Positions 22,207 through 32,707 of a stretch of 64,000 nt of DNA are shown one piece after another. Below the pieces are notes generated by a model. The model searched no databases and was not told where the DNA came from. It saw only the letters and a program-made list of their open reading frames with translations. The DNA is from Candidatus Latescibacterota bacterium (GTDB lineage: Bacteria > Latescibacterota > CBDEFO01), in NCBI GenBank assembly GCA_965237525.1, contig CBDEFO010000008.1:224001-288000 (forward strand), in the 5' to 3' direction. The position numbers were made by a program, and so were the translations under genes. Positions within the stretch are counted from its first letter, which is position 1. Each line of letters opens with the position of its first letter.

Positions 22207-23457
22207 ATGAAGATCACAGACATTGAAGTTCACACTATATGTCCGCCCTTTTGTGAGTGGAACAGCGAAGCCCTGACGCGCTATCAGGGCCCTGACTTCC
22301 GGTGCCGTACTATCTATATATTGCACACCGACAACGGTCTGGAGGGTTTAGGGGAGCAGTCCGGCAAACCCTGGCCGCAGTCTGAAGAGTATATTGACCA
22401 GCTCCGGGGAAGTGATCCTTTTGACTGGTTGCATCACCCGACATTGAATATCGGTCTGGCTCCAGCCATCTACGACTTGATCGGCAAGCACAACGGCGTC
22501 CCGGCATACAAACTCTTTGGGCCTAAGGTGCGCTCGTGGGTGCCTATGGGCTTTTGGACAGTCTCGCAGACTCCCTCCAAGATGGCAGAGGAGGTGGAGC
22601 ACGCCGCCAGAGGGGGCTACACCTGGCTCAAGTACCACACCAGCCACTTCCATAATGCAATTGAGCAGACGAAGGCTATGCAGGAGGTCGCTCCGCCGGG
22701 CTTCAAGATCCACTACGATTTAAACTTTGATAACACGGTGGACCACGTCTTACAGCTTGCTTATGAACTTGCAAAGTATCCCATCGCTGGAGCAATCGAG
22801 GACCCTCTTCGCACCCACCACTCTGAGGGATACCGCCTCTTGAGAGAGAAAAGCCTCCTGCCGATCTACTTTCATCAAGTGCCAATAGGCGTCCGAGAAG
22901 CGATATTGGGATTGGTCGACGGCTTTATGTTAGGACACTCTCCTATCGGATCAGTCATCAGCAGGGCAGGTCTTTTTGAGGCTGCCAATGTCCCCTTTAT
23001 GACACAGAACATAGGGGGTAACATTATGCGCGCAACCGTCGCTCACATGGGCGCGGCCTTCCCGATGGCGACGCTCCACCATGTCAACCTCTGCCACCTC
23101 TGGTCGGAGGACGTAGTGACACCAACTTTTAAGGTCTCCGGCGGGGCAGTTCAAGTCCCTGAATCTCCGGGACTCGGTGTGACATTGGATCGGGAGGCGT
23201 TGGAACGTTGGGAGGCGGCAGAGCCAGATCCTTTGCCAAGAGCGCTGATCCGCATCCAGTACGCCTCCTTCCCCACGATCTACGCAAGGCTCCCTGTCAC
23301 AGATATGAGAGATCATTTAGGGACAGGTCCCAGCCACCTTCCCGGATATGGTCCTGGCTACAATAGACCAGTCGATTTGGACTACTGGGACGATGACGGT
23401 TCTCCGGAATTTGCCGATTTTTGGGAACGCACTGCCTCTGGACCCGTAACTGAATAA
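22207..23457 (+). CDS. Mandelate racemase/muconate lactonizing enzyme family protein, copy 1
   Basis: MKITDIE start, WLKYH, YDLN, IEDP, PESPGLGV. Confidence 0.85.
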   Translation: MKITDIEVHTICPPFCEWNSEALTRYQGPDFRCRTIYILHTDNGLEGLGEQSGKPWPQSEEYIDQLRGSDPFDWLHHPTLNIGLAPAIYDLIGKHNGVPAYKLFGPKVRSWVPMGFWTVSQTPSKMAEEVEHAARGGYTWLKYHTSHFHNAIEQTKAMQEVAPPGFKIHYDLNFDNTVDHVLQLAYELAKYPIAGAIEDPLRTHHSEGYRLLREKSLLPIYFHQVPIGVREAILGLVDGFMLGHSPIGSVISRAGLFEAANVPFMTQNIGGNIMRATVAHMGAAFPMATLHHVNLCHLWSEDVVTPTFKVSGGAVQVPESPGLGVTLDREALERWEAAEPDPLPRALIRIQYASFPTIYARLPVTDMRDHLGTGPSHLPGYGPGYNRPVDLDYWDDDGSPEFADFWERTASGPVTE

Positions 23458-23461
23458 ATTA

Positions 23462-23520
23462 AGTAGACAGCAAACAGCATACAGTAGGCAAGGAGAAGAG
23501 GATGCCCTGCTACTACTATA
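23462..23520. repeat. Degenerate heptamer (AGYARRC-like) repeat element
   Basis: AGTAGAC AGCAAAC AGCATAC AGTAGGC; relatives at 25454-25507, 36259-36286 and 52773-52794. Confidence 0.6.
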
Positions 23521-23824
23521 TTACTATGAAGTGATTGAAACTTTTTAAGTTTTTCATAAGTATATGTAATACAACAACTTACATTGTTTAAAAGAGGGAT
23601 TGCTAAAAATCATCTTCAAGAATGGTTATACAGTTGAGGCTCGATTGGAAGCCTGCTAAGCCTGAAAAAATAGCGTTCCAGATGCTTTCTTTAAGAGCAT
23701 TTACAAGCTTGACTTACCGAAATAAAAACTTGCGAAAGTTACTTTAAGTTCACAATTTACAAATTGTTAAATTAATTTCAAAAAGTTTCAACGAGTTCTA
23801 TATAAGTAAGCAGTGCGTTATTCC

Positions 23825-25078
23825 ATGAAGATCACCGACATTGAAGTTCATACGATCTGTCCACCCTTTTGTGAGTGGAACAGCGAAGCCCTGACGCGCT
23901 ATCAGGGCCCTGACTTCCGGTGCCGTACTATCTATATATTGCACACCGACAACGGTCTGGAGGGTTTAGGGGAGCAGTCCGGCAAACCCTGGCCGCAGTC
24001 TGAAGAGTATATTGACCAGCTCCGGGGAAGTGATCCTTTTGACTGGTTGCATCACCCGACATTGAATATCGGTCTGGCTCCAGCCATCTACGACTTGATC
24101 GGCAAGCACAACGGCGTCCCGGCATACAAACTCTTTGGGCCTAAGGTGCGCTCGTGGGTGCCTATGGGCTTTTGGACAGTCTCGCAGACTCCCTCCAAGA
24201 TGGCAGAGGAGGTGGAGCACGCCGCCAGAGAGGGCTACACCTGGCTCAAGTACCACACCAGCCACTTCCACAATGTAATCGAGCAGACAAAGGCTATGCA
24301 GGAGGTCGCTCCGCCGGGCTTCAAGATCCACTACGATCTAAACTTTGATAACACGGTGGACCACGTCTTGCAGCTTGCTTATGAACTTGCAAAGTATCCC
24401 ATCGCTGGAGCAATCGAGGACCCTCTTCGCACCCACCACTCTGAGGGATACCGCCTCTTAAGGGAGAAGAGCCCCCTGCCGATCTACTTTCATCAAGTGC
24501 CAATAGGCGTCCGGGAAGCGATATTGGGATTGGTCGACGGCTATATGGTAGGACACTCTCCTATCGGCCCGGTCATAAGTCAGGCAGGTCTCTTTGAGGC
24601 TGCCAATGTCCCCTTTATGACACAGAACACAGGGGGTAACATTATGCGCGCAATATCCACTCACATAGGCGCGGCCTTCCCTATGGCGACGCTCCACCAT
24701 GCCAACCTCTGCCACCTCTGGTCGGAGGACGTAGTGACACCAACTTTTAAGGTCTCCGGCGGGGCAGTTCAAGTCCCTGAATCTCCGGGACTCGGTGTGA
24801 CATTGGACCGGGAGGCGTTGGAACGTTGGGAGGCGGCAGAGCCAGATCCTTTGCCAAGAGCGCTGATCCGCATCCAGTACGCCTCCTTCCCCACGATCTA
24901 CGCAAGGCTCCCTGTCATAGGTATGACAGATCATTTAGGGACAGGTCCCAGCTACCTTCCCGGATATGGTCCTAGCTACAATAGACCAGTCGATATGGAC
25001 TACTGGGACGATGACGGTTCTCCGGAATTTGCCGAACTTTGGGAGCGTACCGCCTCCAGACCCGCAGAAGCTAAGTAG
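23825..25078 (+). CDS. Mandelate racemase/muconate lactonizing enzyme family protein, copy 2
   Basis: Near-identical tandem paralog of 22207-23457. Confidence 0.85.
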   Translation: MKITDIEVHTICPPFCEWNSEALTRYQGPDFRCRTIYILHTDNGLEGLGEQSGKPWPQSEEYIDQLRGSDPFDWLHHPTLNIGLAPAIYDLIGKHNGVPAYKLFGPKVRSWVPMGFWTVSQTPSKMAEEVEHAAREGYTWLKYHTSHFHNVIEQTKAMQEVAPPGFKIHYDLNFDNTVDHVLQLAYELAKYPIAGAIEDPLRTHHSEGYRLLREKSPLPIYFHQVPIGVREAILGLVDGYMVGHSPIGPVISQAGLFEAANVPFMTQNTGGNIMRAISTHIGAAFPMATLHHANLCHLWSEDVVTPTFKVSGGAVQVPESPGLGVTLDREALERWEAAEPDPLPRALIRIQYASFPTIYARLPVIGMTDHLGTGPSYLPGYGPSYNRPVDMDYWDDDGSPEFAELWERTASRPAEAK

Positions 25079-25162
25079 ACAGGAACTCCCCTTTTTCCCT
25101 ACCCACTTGAATAGTGGATAACATATAGGGATTGTGAGGATCAAACATAAATCAATGGTTAA

Positions 25163-25378
25163 ATGATTCGCGAGTTAGATACGGTCGTTCTCACACATGA
25201 CCTTGAAGAGCATAGCCTGAAACAAGGTGATGTGGGGACCGTAGTGCAATGTTACAGTGATGGTGAGGGATTTGAGGTCGAGTTTGTGACTGCTGAAGGG
25301 AAAACGATTGGCTTATTGACGCTCAAACCGGATGATATTCGGCCAATGAAAAGTGGTGAGATGTTGCATGTGTGGTAA
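25163..25378 (+). CDS. DUF4926 domain protein
   Basis: ELDTVVL..DL...L..GDVGTVV.....FEVEF..EGKT pattern. Confidence 0.8.
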   Translation: MIRELDTVVLTHDLEEHSLKQGDVGTVVQCYSDGEGFEVEFVTAEGKTIGLLTLKPDDIRPMKSGEMLHVW

Positions 25379-25509
25379 TTCGCTCCGATATAGGATCATC
25401 TCAGCAGGTGCAAGACACTACAATAATATTACATCGTATAACACCTTCTACTCAGGTAGACAGCAAAGAGGGACAGGAGGCGGTGCCCTGTCTACTGCCT
25501 ACTATCTTA

Positions 25510-27381
25510 TCACGTTACTTCAACCACACAGTCGAAGATCTCACCTACATGCTCGTCGTCGAAGACGACGTCCGCTGTAAGGGCGTATGCCCGTTTCTTT
25601 GCACCGCTTGGAACGCGAATTCTGAACCTGGTCTTTAGGCTGTCCTTAGGAGGGATTGAGGCATCTACAGTCTGAGGATCAGCTTCCCACCCTTGAGGAA
25701 TCATAAGCCTGTAATATACCGGGACTTCTCTCTCCTTGTGATTGGTAACGCACACATCCAACTTGAAGGCGCGTCCTGCCCTGGAACGCTTCCTGTAAGG
25801 ATAGAAGCTTACCCAGTAGGGGTCTATGAAGTATTCGTATTCTTTATAAGGAGACAATTGCGTTAGGGCTCGTCTGAAGTTATAGCTCCACTTGAGGAAC
25901 AGTTCCAACTGTTCCTTAGGATTAGGTATCTCTTGGGCGTGTCCTCCCAGGATCAGGTCGGGCTGGAGCTTACTCAAGATCTGAGCGCACTTTATATAGC
26001 CCTTTTCAAGTATCCCTCCGTTCCTCGCAACAAAGGCATCGTGACCGGACCTGTCGGGGCTGTAAAATATGTTGTCTCCTGAAAAGACAATGGTCTTTCT
26101 GTCAATCTTTCCTGCTATTCCGGCTGAAAACTCCGTCTGTCCCGGAAGGTGGAAAACTTTCAGCCGGAAGTCCTCCCATACTATCTCTTCTCCATCGTTG
26201 AGGACACGATGCACTTGGATCCTGTTGAAGGGGAGGTCATAGCTATTTACAAGACCGGTAAGATTGAACCGCTCGGGAGATTCCAGCATCTCTTTGAAGT
26301 TATGGTAGCACCAGACTTGTGCGCCGTATTTTTTGACCAGGTGAGGTATCTGCAGAAGGTGGTCTCCGTGATACTGGGTCGGTATAACAGCGACGATCTT
26401 TTTCAATCCTAAGAAATGCTTCATATCCTCAATCTTGTCGTCCAGCCACCTTATCGTCTCCTTGTAATCCATCCCCATAACGCCGCAATCTATAAAGAGG
26501 GCGCGGCCAGAATCCGAGAGGAGGATGTAGAGATTGCATCCGATGCCATAACCCCTCCCTTTGAAGATGTGCTCTGTGACCCTTCGTATGCCCGGTATCT
26601 CTGTCGGTTGACTTATCCTATCGAGTTCACCTGGATTTCTCTCCAGGTCCCAATCTCGCAAAAGGAGGCGGTTTACAAATCGCTCGAGATGCTTTATCAA
26701 GGTGGAAAGCTCCCGTTCAGGCGAGGTTATGATCCTCCCGTGAGAGGGGCACAAAATATCAGGAGCGTCGCTCTGGAGTGTCCTTAAAGAAGAAAGGAGA
26801 GTCTTGAATCCTTCTGCGTATCCGTAGTCCCATTCTGAATCGTAGTAGTTGTGTAACTTGGACGGCGAGACTATCAGGTCCCCGCAGAAGACGATGTTTC
26901 TGCCTCCTATTTTCGTGTAGAAAGACATTGCCCCGTGCGAGTTTCCAGGTCTTTTATATGCGCCCAGATGATACTTCCCCCACTTGAAGCTGTCTCCATC
27001 CACAAAGGAGCGATCCACCTTAACCCCTTGCCTTAAAGGCCTGACAAAGGGCGCCCCGTGAACCGACAGTTCCTCAGGATTTTCCCAATGTGTTAAAGGA
27101 TTGCTAAAGAGTGTCCTTTCGTAGGATGGAACCCCTATTTTGGTTTTGAGGGGCCTCAACAGATGATCTCCCTGACACTGTTCTCTGTGATGATGCGTAT
27201 GCAGCACCCAGTCAATCTTCTTTATACCTATCTCTGGAAGGCGCTTTAGAACATCTCCTGACCCGAAGTCGATAGCTATAGCCTTATCCTTTTCTCTGAG
27301 AAGATAGACGTTGCAGGTATCTTTAAATAGATACAGATCGGGGAGTATCTCTTGAAACTTTTTTCTGGACGTATAAGACAT
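25510..27381 (-). CDS. Tandem metallo-beta-lactamase-fold hydrolase with C-terminal Ig-like domain
   Basis: Two MBL units (THHHREQ...CGD...PSHG and TQYHGDH...SGD...GGH). Confidence 0.8.
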   Translation of the reverse strand: MSYTSRKKFQEILPDLYLFKDTCNVYLLREKDKAIAIDFGSGDVLKRLPEIGIKKIDWVLHTHHHREQCQGDHLLRPLKTKIGVPSYERTLFSNPLTHWENPEELSVHGAPFVRPLRQGVKVDRSFVDGDSFKWGKYHLGAYKRPGNSHGAMSFYTKIGGRNIVFCGDLIVSPSKLHNYYDSEWDYGYAEGFKTLLSSLRTLQSDAPDILCPSHGRIITSPERELSTLIKHLERFVNRLLLRDWDLERNPGELDRISQPTEIPGIRRVTEHIFKGRGYGIGCNLYILLSDSGRALFIDCGVMGMDYKETIRWLDDKIEDMKHFLGLKKIVAVIPTQYHGDHLLQIPHLVKKYGAQVWCYHNFKEMLESPERFNLTGLVNSYDLPFNRIQVHRVLNDGEEIVWEDFRLKVFHLPGQTEFSAGIAGKIDRKTIVFSGDNIFYSPDRSGHDAFVARNGGILEKGYIKCAQILSKLQPDLILGGHAQEIPNPKEQLELFLKWSYNFRRALTQLSPYKEYEYFIDPYWVSFYPYRKRSRAGRAFKLDVCVTNHKEREVPVYYRLMIPQGWEADPQTVDASIPPKDSLKTRFRIRVPSGAKKRAYALTADVVFDDEHVGEIFDCVVEVT

Positions 27382-27618
27382 TTATCGTATCCGGCGCACT
27401 TCACGTGCTCTCTTACGGTGATCGTATCTGTTTCTGACTAACAAACTTTGGGGGTGCTCCCTGACATAGGGCGCAAGGCGCCCAAAGTTGTCATCTGTAT
27501 CACATTTCGAGGATTCCGAGGATCGTTTCTTTAGCTTTAGTTGCCTCGGGGTTGAGCTTTCGTCCGCATGTAAATCCAGGGCGCTACCAGAGCACACGCC
27601 ATATAGCTGAATCCGTCT

Positions 27619-28629
27619 TCATTCCTTCCAGCAGCTTGTATCCGTCTCTATCGAATTGCGGAGCTTCTCCGCCAGTGCCTCCAAATTGGAGCGTGACTCA
27701 GGCTTGGGAATATCTCGATATACGTTGAAATAGCCATCGTCTGGACATCTGGGAAAGATGTGAAAGTGAACGTGGAAGATCTCTTGTCCTGCAACTTCAC
27801 CATTGGATTGCCAGATGTTGAGCCCTGATGGCTTTAATGTTGACCTTACCGCCTGTGCAACTTTTACCACGGCCCGCGACACGTGCGAGGCAAGTTCGTC
27901 GTCCAAGTCATAAATCATCTCTACATGACGTCTCGGTATTACAAGTACATGACCAGGATTACCTTGCCGTAGACCCATAAACGCCAGGGTATATTTGTCT
28001 CCATAGACGCAACTCGCTTCCTCTTTCTGAGAAATTATTTGGCAGAAGATGCAGCTGTCCCTAATCGACCTCGCCCTGTCTATAAGCTGTCTCAACTCAA
28101 GATCAGTAGCTTCAGCCAGAGTCAGAAGTGTGGAGTAGGGATTCCCAGACAGGCAGAAGCGTTCAGCAAACGCAGGTTCTGTCTTTATACCTTTTGTTTT
28201 CAAGAGACGGATCGCTGACTTCGCCGGTTCTCCATCCAGCTTCAGCAGTCGCGCTTCTGCTACCAAGTGTCGATATGCATTCTGCTCTTTAACAGGACGT
28301 GACTGTCCGCAAATCTCCAGCGAAACGGCTGAATGAGAGAAATTACAGATTGTGACTGGTAGCCGATTAACTTCTACCCTGCGGATCGAGAAATCATAAT
28401 ATTGAGAGAATACCTCTTGAATTACCTCTTCAAAATTTCTGCGGCTGTCAACCTGGCAAATAATGTCGAGGTCACTATCGGGAGTATCTACATCGAGCGG
28501 AATTGTCCCAACCAGAACAGGATCGAAACCCGCAAGTCTCTGAAAGATATCAAGCCTGGTGAGAATCTCATAGGCTTGCCTCTGACGATGAGTTCCACTC
28601 TTTAAGTATGAGATATCATCCCACTGCAT
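27619..28629 (-). CDS. DUF4269 (nucleotidyltransferase-like)-HIT fusion protein
   Basis: N-terminal GTIPLDVD..DSDLDIIC and GIKTEPAFA; C-terminal CIFC...GHVLVIP...AGQEIFHVHFHIFPR. Confidence 0.8.
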   Translation of the reverse strand: MQWDDISYLKSGTHRQRQAYEILTRLDIFQRLAGFDPVLVGTIPLDVDTPDSDLDIICQVDSRRNFEEVIQEVFSQYYDFSIRRVEVNRLPVTICNFSHSAVSLEICGQSRPVKEQNAYRHLVAEARLLKLDGEPAKSAIRLLKTKGIKTEPAFAERFCLSGNPYSTLLTLAEATDLELRQLIDRARSIRDSCIFCQIISQKEEASCVYGDKYTLAFMGLRQGNPGHVLVIPRRHVEMIYDLDDELASHVSRAVVKVAQAVRSTLKPSGLNIWQSNGEVAGQEIFHVHFHIFPRCPDDGYFNVYRDIPKPESRSNLEALAEKLRNSIETDTSCWKE

Positions 28630-28832
28630 AAGTGATCTCGTTAAACCATTGGTATGGCAAGGTTCAGCATGCTGTTTGCTACAAATGCTCGTCAAGGATG
28701 GTTAGGTGACAATTTCGGATAAGTTTGCCACAGGTGTATCACTCCACTATCGCTCAAATTTATCTTTCCGAAGTCAAGGTAATTTGTTATTTTGGTATAT
28801 CATCCACCCATAAAAGAAAGGAGTCGGAACTT

Positions 28833-29132
28833 ATGAAACTCGACAGGACTCTAAAGGTGCTCCTTGTTTTAATGTTGGCATCCTCGCTTGCGGACATGTT
28901 CAGCTCATCTGGGTTCTACGGCAGCGTCTTCGCCCAATCTGAGGAAGAGACAGGAGAAAAAGAAGAGGTCCAGTACCTGTCCATCAACGCCTGGAGAGAG
29001 GGCGAAGCCTCCTCAGCTATATCCATAGTCTGCAGCAGTGACGGCAGATACGTATTCGTCACAGACGGCGGATACATTTACCGCTCGGACGAGTACGGCA
29101 AGATAGGGAGCTGGGAGAAGGTGCTCAGGTGA
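28833..29132 (+). CDS. Small secreted hypothetical protein
   Basis: AAGGAG RBS and signal peptide. Confidence 0.6.
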   Translation: MKLDRTLKVLLVLMLASSLADMFSSSGFYGSVFAQSEEETGEKEEVQYLSINAWREGEASSAISIVCSSDGRYVFVTDGGYIYRSDEYGKIGSWEKVLR

Positions 29133-29139
29133 TCGATAT

Positions 29140-30012
29140 TTAAGCTAGTCCGATCAACAATATCGCTGAGAATATGACGACAGATCCCAGAAGCCTTATC
29201 CTCCCATAGCCCTCTTTGAGGAATATCCACCCGAAGAGGACGCTGAAGACGATGCTTACACTCCTGACCGATCCCACATAGCTGGCCTTGTCCAGAGAAA
29301 GCGCCCATAAGACCAGAAAGTAGGTCAAGAGCACCGCCGCTCCAGAGGTTATGATCTGGGCTTTGCTTCTTTTCCATTCACAAGATACAGAGCGCAACTT
29401 CCCGGAGGTAAGTCCATACACCGTAATACCCACAGAATTGAGGAGGAATATCAAGAAGCAGTATTTTAGATAATCTGATTCCATCACACCTACCTTGTCT
29501 ATGACGCTGTAGCAGGCGATGATAAATCCCACAAATATCGCCAGTTTCGATTCTACCTGCCCCAGCGACCTTATCGGACCCCAGAAGTTCGATATGTGGA
29601 ACGACTCCATAGACATGACATAGACTCCGGCTGACACCAGGAATATGCCCGAAATCCCTACGAGCGATGCTTTCTCATTTAACAGGGCAAAAGAAAGCAC
29701 CAAAATAAAGACCGGAGCCGATCCTCTCGAAAGCGGATAAACTACCGAAAGATCCCCTCTCTCATATACTTTTACCATCCCCAAAATGTAGCAGACCTGT
29801 ACAGCTGCGCTGATGGCGGCTACGTAGAACGCCTTCGGTGGAAAGTCAGTCCAATCTACATACAAAATGATAATCGGAGTAAGAAACAGAGCCGCAAGAA
29901 GATGCATCCACCAGATAAATACAAGTTTGTCCACGCTCTTTTTCAAAAGCAAATTCCATATAGCATGAAAGATGCCGGAAGTCAAAACCATAAGAAGAGG
30001 CAGAGGCTTCAT
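29140..30012 (-). CDS. EamA/DMT family transporter
   Basis: About 10 TM segments; 'HAIWNLLLK', 'GDLSVVYPLSRG'. Confidence 0.9.
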   Translation of the reverse strand: MKPLPLLMVLTSGIFHAIWNLLLKKSVDKLVFIWWMHLLAALFLTPIIILYVDWTDFPPKAFYVAAISAAVQVCYILGMVKVYERGDLSVVYPLSRGSAPVFILVLSFALLNEKASLVGISGIFLVSAGVYVMSMESFHISNFWGPIRSLGQVESKLAIFVGFIIACYSVIDKVGVMESDYLKYCFLIFLLNSVGITVYGLTSGKLRSVSCEWKRSKAQIITSGAAVLLTYFLVLWALSLDKASYVGSVRSVSIVFSVLFGWIFLKEGYGRIRLLGSVVIFSAILLIGLA

Positions 30013-30405
30013 ACGTCCTCAACAGAGTTCAATCTATCACCTCATATTATATGTAAAAAGCGCGTAAGTATTTAATCTAAGTGAACTTGTAATCAAAAGA
30101 TATTACAGATTGGAGATCTAAAAGCCACATCGTATCTGTTAGCACAATATATTCGGTTGAGCGCTCAAAATCAAGGGAAAAGATAGTGTAAGACTATCTT
30201 TTTTCCTTTCAAAATTGAAGATTTTCCTTGCGATGTCCAAAAAACAGTGGTAAATTTGGAAATCTACAAGGCAAGCTTCGTCCTCATATAACGCAGATTT
30301 GATATATCCACAGATTGTAGGAGCGCACCCTTTTCCCCAAGAAAGCTTCGAAGAACTTTAGGGGGGCCTGAGTGTGCTCTTTTAACAGAAAGAAGGGGAT
30401 ACACG

Positions 30406-32588
30406 GTGTTAGAATACTACGATACCCTGATCAAGCTCGTGATAGCCTTGATTCTAGGAGGAATTATCGGCTGGGAGCGGGAGACACACGGGCAGATAGC
30501 AGGATTCAGGACACACATAGTCCTCTGCTTGGGAGCCACCTTGATTATGCTCGTCTCAATACACATAAGGAGTCTCTTTAGCACCGATATTCAGGCCGAT
30601 CCAAGGCGGATAGCAGCTCAGGTGGTAAGCGGTATCGGCTTTCTGGGCGCGGCCGCTATTCTCCGATTCGGTTTTTCCGTAAGAGGAGTCACCACAGCTA
30701 CGTCCCTTTGGTCGGTCTCCGGAGTTGGACTTGCCGTCGGATCGGGATTCTACGGTGGAGCCGTTATCGCCACAACTCTTATAGTACTCTCCCTTTCCCT
30801 GTTCGACAGATTAGAAAAGGCTCTCTTTATCAAGAAATACATTAGAAGCCTTGTGAAATAGTTATGTCCCAGGCAGCGTCTGAAGCGCCGATTATGGGTC
30901 AAAGAGTAGCATATCGTATCGTTTTGCTGTGGAATAAGCAAAATAGTCTTATCAGAGTTCTGGTCAGCAAGGAACAGGAGCTGTTTGAAGAACAGGGTGC
31001 ACTGTCTTTGACAGACAGGGCACACATAGACGCTTTCCCCCTTCTTATGAAAGATACAAGCCTCTTGAGATTCTGTACTGTTGCAACAAGATTCAACTGT
31101 TCATTCAGTGAGGCTGGTCCTCTGTAACGGGCTCGTCCCATACCGTGTTGTTGCCTGGCTTCAGCAAAGATATGTTCACTGCGTTTACGGAGTCTCTGGG
31201 AGAGTTTGTAGTCAGCTGTTAATGAGATAGACCGTGCATGATTTCTGGCTTTCGCCTCTCGCACTTTTCTATCCCGTTCGGCCTGAATATGTGCTGGATT
31301 TGTCTTGTTTTTCCATGTAGGAATCGGTTCAATCTTCTCATCGGCTCGCAGAGGAATATGGGGTATGATTCCCCGGTCAAGTACATCAGCGATAAAATTA
31401 CCAGAACCGTAACCGGTATCGGCACTAAGTGTCTGAATGTCTTTGGGCATGGTGTATGTTTCAAGGTCATCTACCATCTTAAGGGCACTTTCGGGCTCTG
31501 CTGTCCCTGTCGCCTGCGTGCCCTGAGTCTCAAGGATTACTCTGCTTTTTGTGTCGATCAGATCATGGCCCATAAACGAGAGAAAAGCCCCTTTGCCCTT
31601 CGATTTGCTGTATAAGCGCGCGTCGGGGTCTGTAGTCGAACGGTGTGTTTGGTTCGTCCACTTTTCACCATGAAAGTCTTTATCCTGAGGATGCCCGGAC
31701 CTACCCTTTGTCTTATCACCTTCAAAACCGATTCCCTTGAGATAATCATCAAGAGAAACAGGGGGTTCTATCGGCTCAATACTTTTCACTGAAGCATCAG
31801 CTTGTATCTGAGTGCCGTCGACACTAAGGTGTTTACCGCTCACAAGACCGACATCTATGCAACACTGGACTACCTGACGCATTATCCGTTCAAACAACCC
31901 ACTGGATGCCCACTTGTGATTGCGAAGCTTGTTGATCGTGCTCCTATCCGGAACCGCATCATCAAATGTCTGATGACAAAACAACCGATATGCCGCATGC
32001 ATCCCCACTTCCTGACAGAGCCGATTCTCACTCAAATTATACAGATAGCCAATAAGGATCATTCGAACAACTAATTCAGGATCAATACCGGGTCTGCCAT
32101 TGTCAGGGCAATAACAATCTGATACAACGTCTCGTATAAATGAAAAATCAACTGCCTCATCAATCTGACGAAGGATATGATCCTCGGGAACTAAATCCTC
32201 CATCTGAAAATAGTGAAACATCGGATTTGTCTGTTCCTGCTTTTGTGGGGTCATTGTTTCCTCCATGTATAATATTATCAATAACATAATATAATACATC
32301 GGAGCTGCTTTATCAATGCTTGTTCTATACTACTTTCTGAATCTAAGGGTTTTTCACAAGGCTTTTAGAAACCTCACGGTTGTCTCCAAAGATACGAAAT
32401 TGAGTGTCGAGAACGTAACAGACGCCTTCGAGGCCCGCGACGTTGAGTTCCACAAGATCAGCATCGACAGGAACCAGGAATACCTGAGCATGACCTCAAT
32501 CGTCAAAATCCCAAAGGAACTTTCGGTCGATACCATAATCAAGGACGCTATGAACATCGAGGGCGTAGCTCAGGTGAAGTTGGAATAA
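30406..32588 (+). pseudogene. MgtC/SapB family protein with ACT-like C-terminus, split by IS1182
   Basis: IGWERE..AGFRTH, AAQVVSGIGFLG, GVTTA. The frame is restored (KYIR|NLTVVS) when the IS and one TTAG are removed. Confidence 0.9.
30846..32364 (-). mobile_element. IS1182-family element, copy 1 (1519 bp; transposase 30899-32299)
   Basis: IR AAGCCTTGTGAAA; TTAG duplication; DUF772-like 'GRPGIDP' and DDE motifs VDGT, ADTGY, EHIFAE. Confidence 0.95.
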
Positions 32589-32707
32589 GCTGAATTTTCG
32601 TTAGATGCTTGTCTGTAGGATGGTGCGACCATTGCCAGCGAGCTCGGAGAATCCGAAATCGAAGGGTGCTATCGAGAGTATCACCAGAGCCAAATGGAGA
32701 ACATTAA

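Noticed and set aside
19552..28720. Integron cassettes/attC sites around the AT-rich small genes (GCCTAAC at 20107; hairpin at 27435-27493)
   Set aside because: No convincing paired RYYYAAC/GTTRRRY boxes and no integrase in the window.
32605..32700. 'ENPKSKGAIES' resembling an integrase-core fragment
   Set aside because: Too short to support; no IS ends were found.
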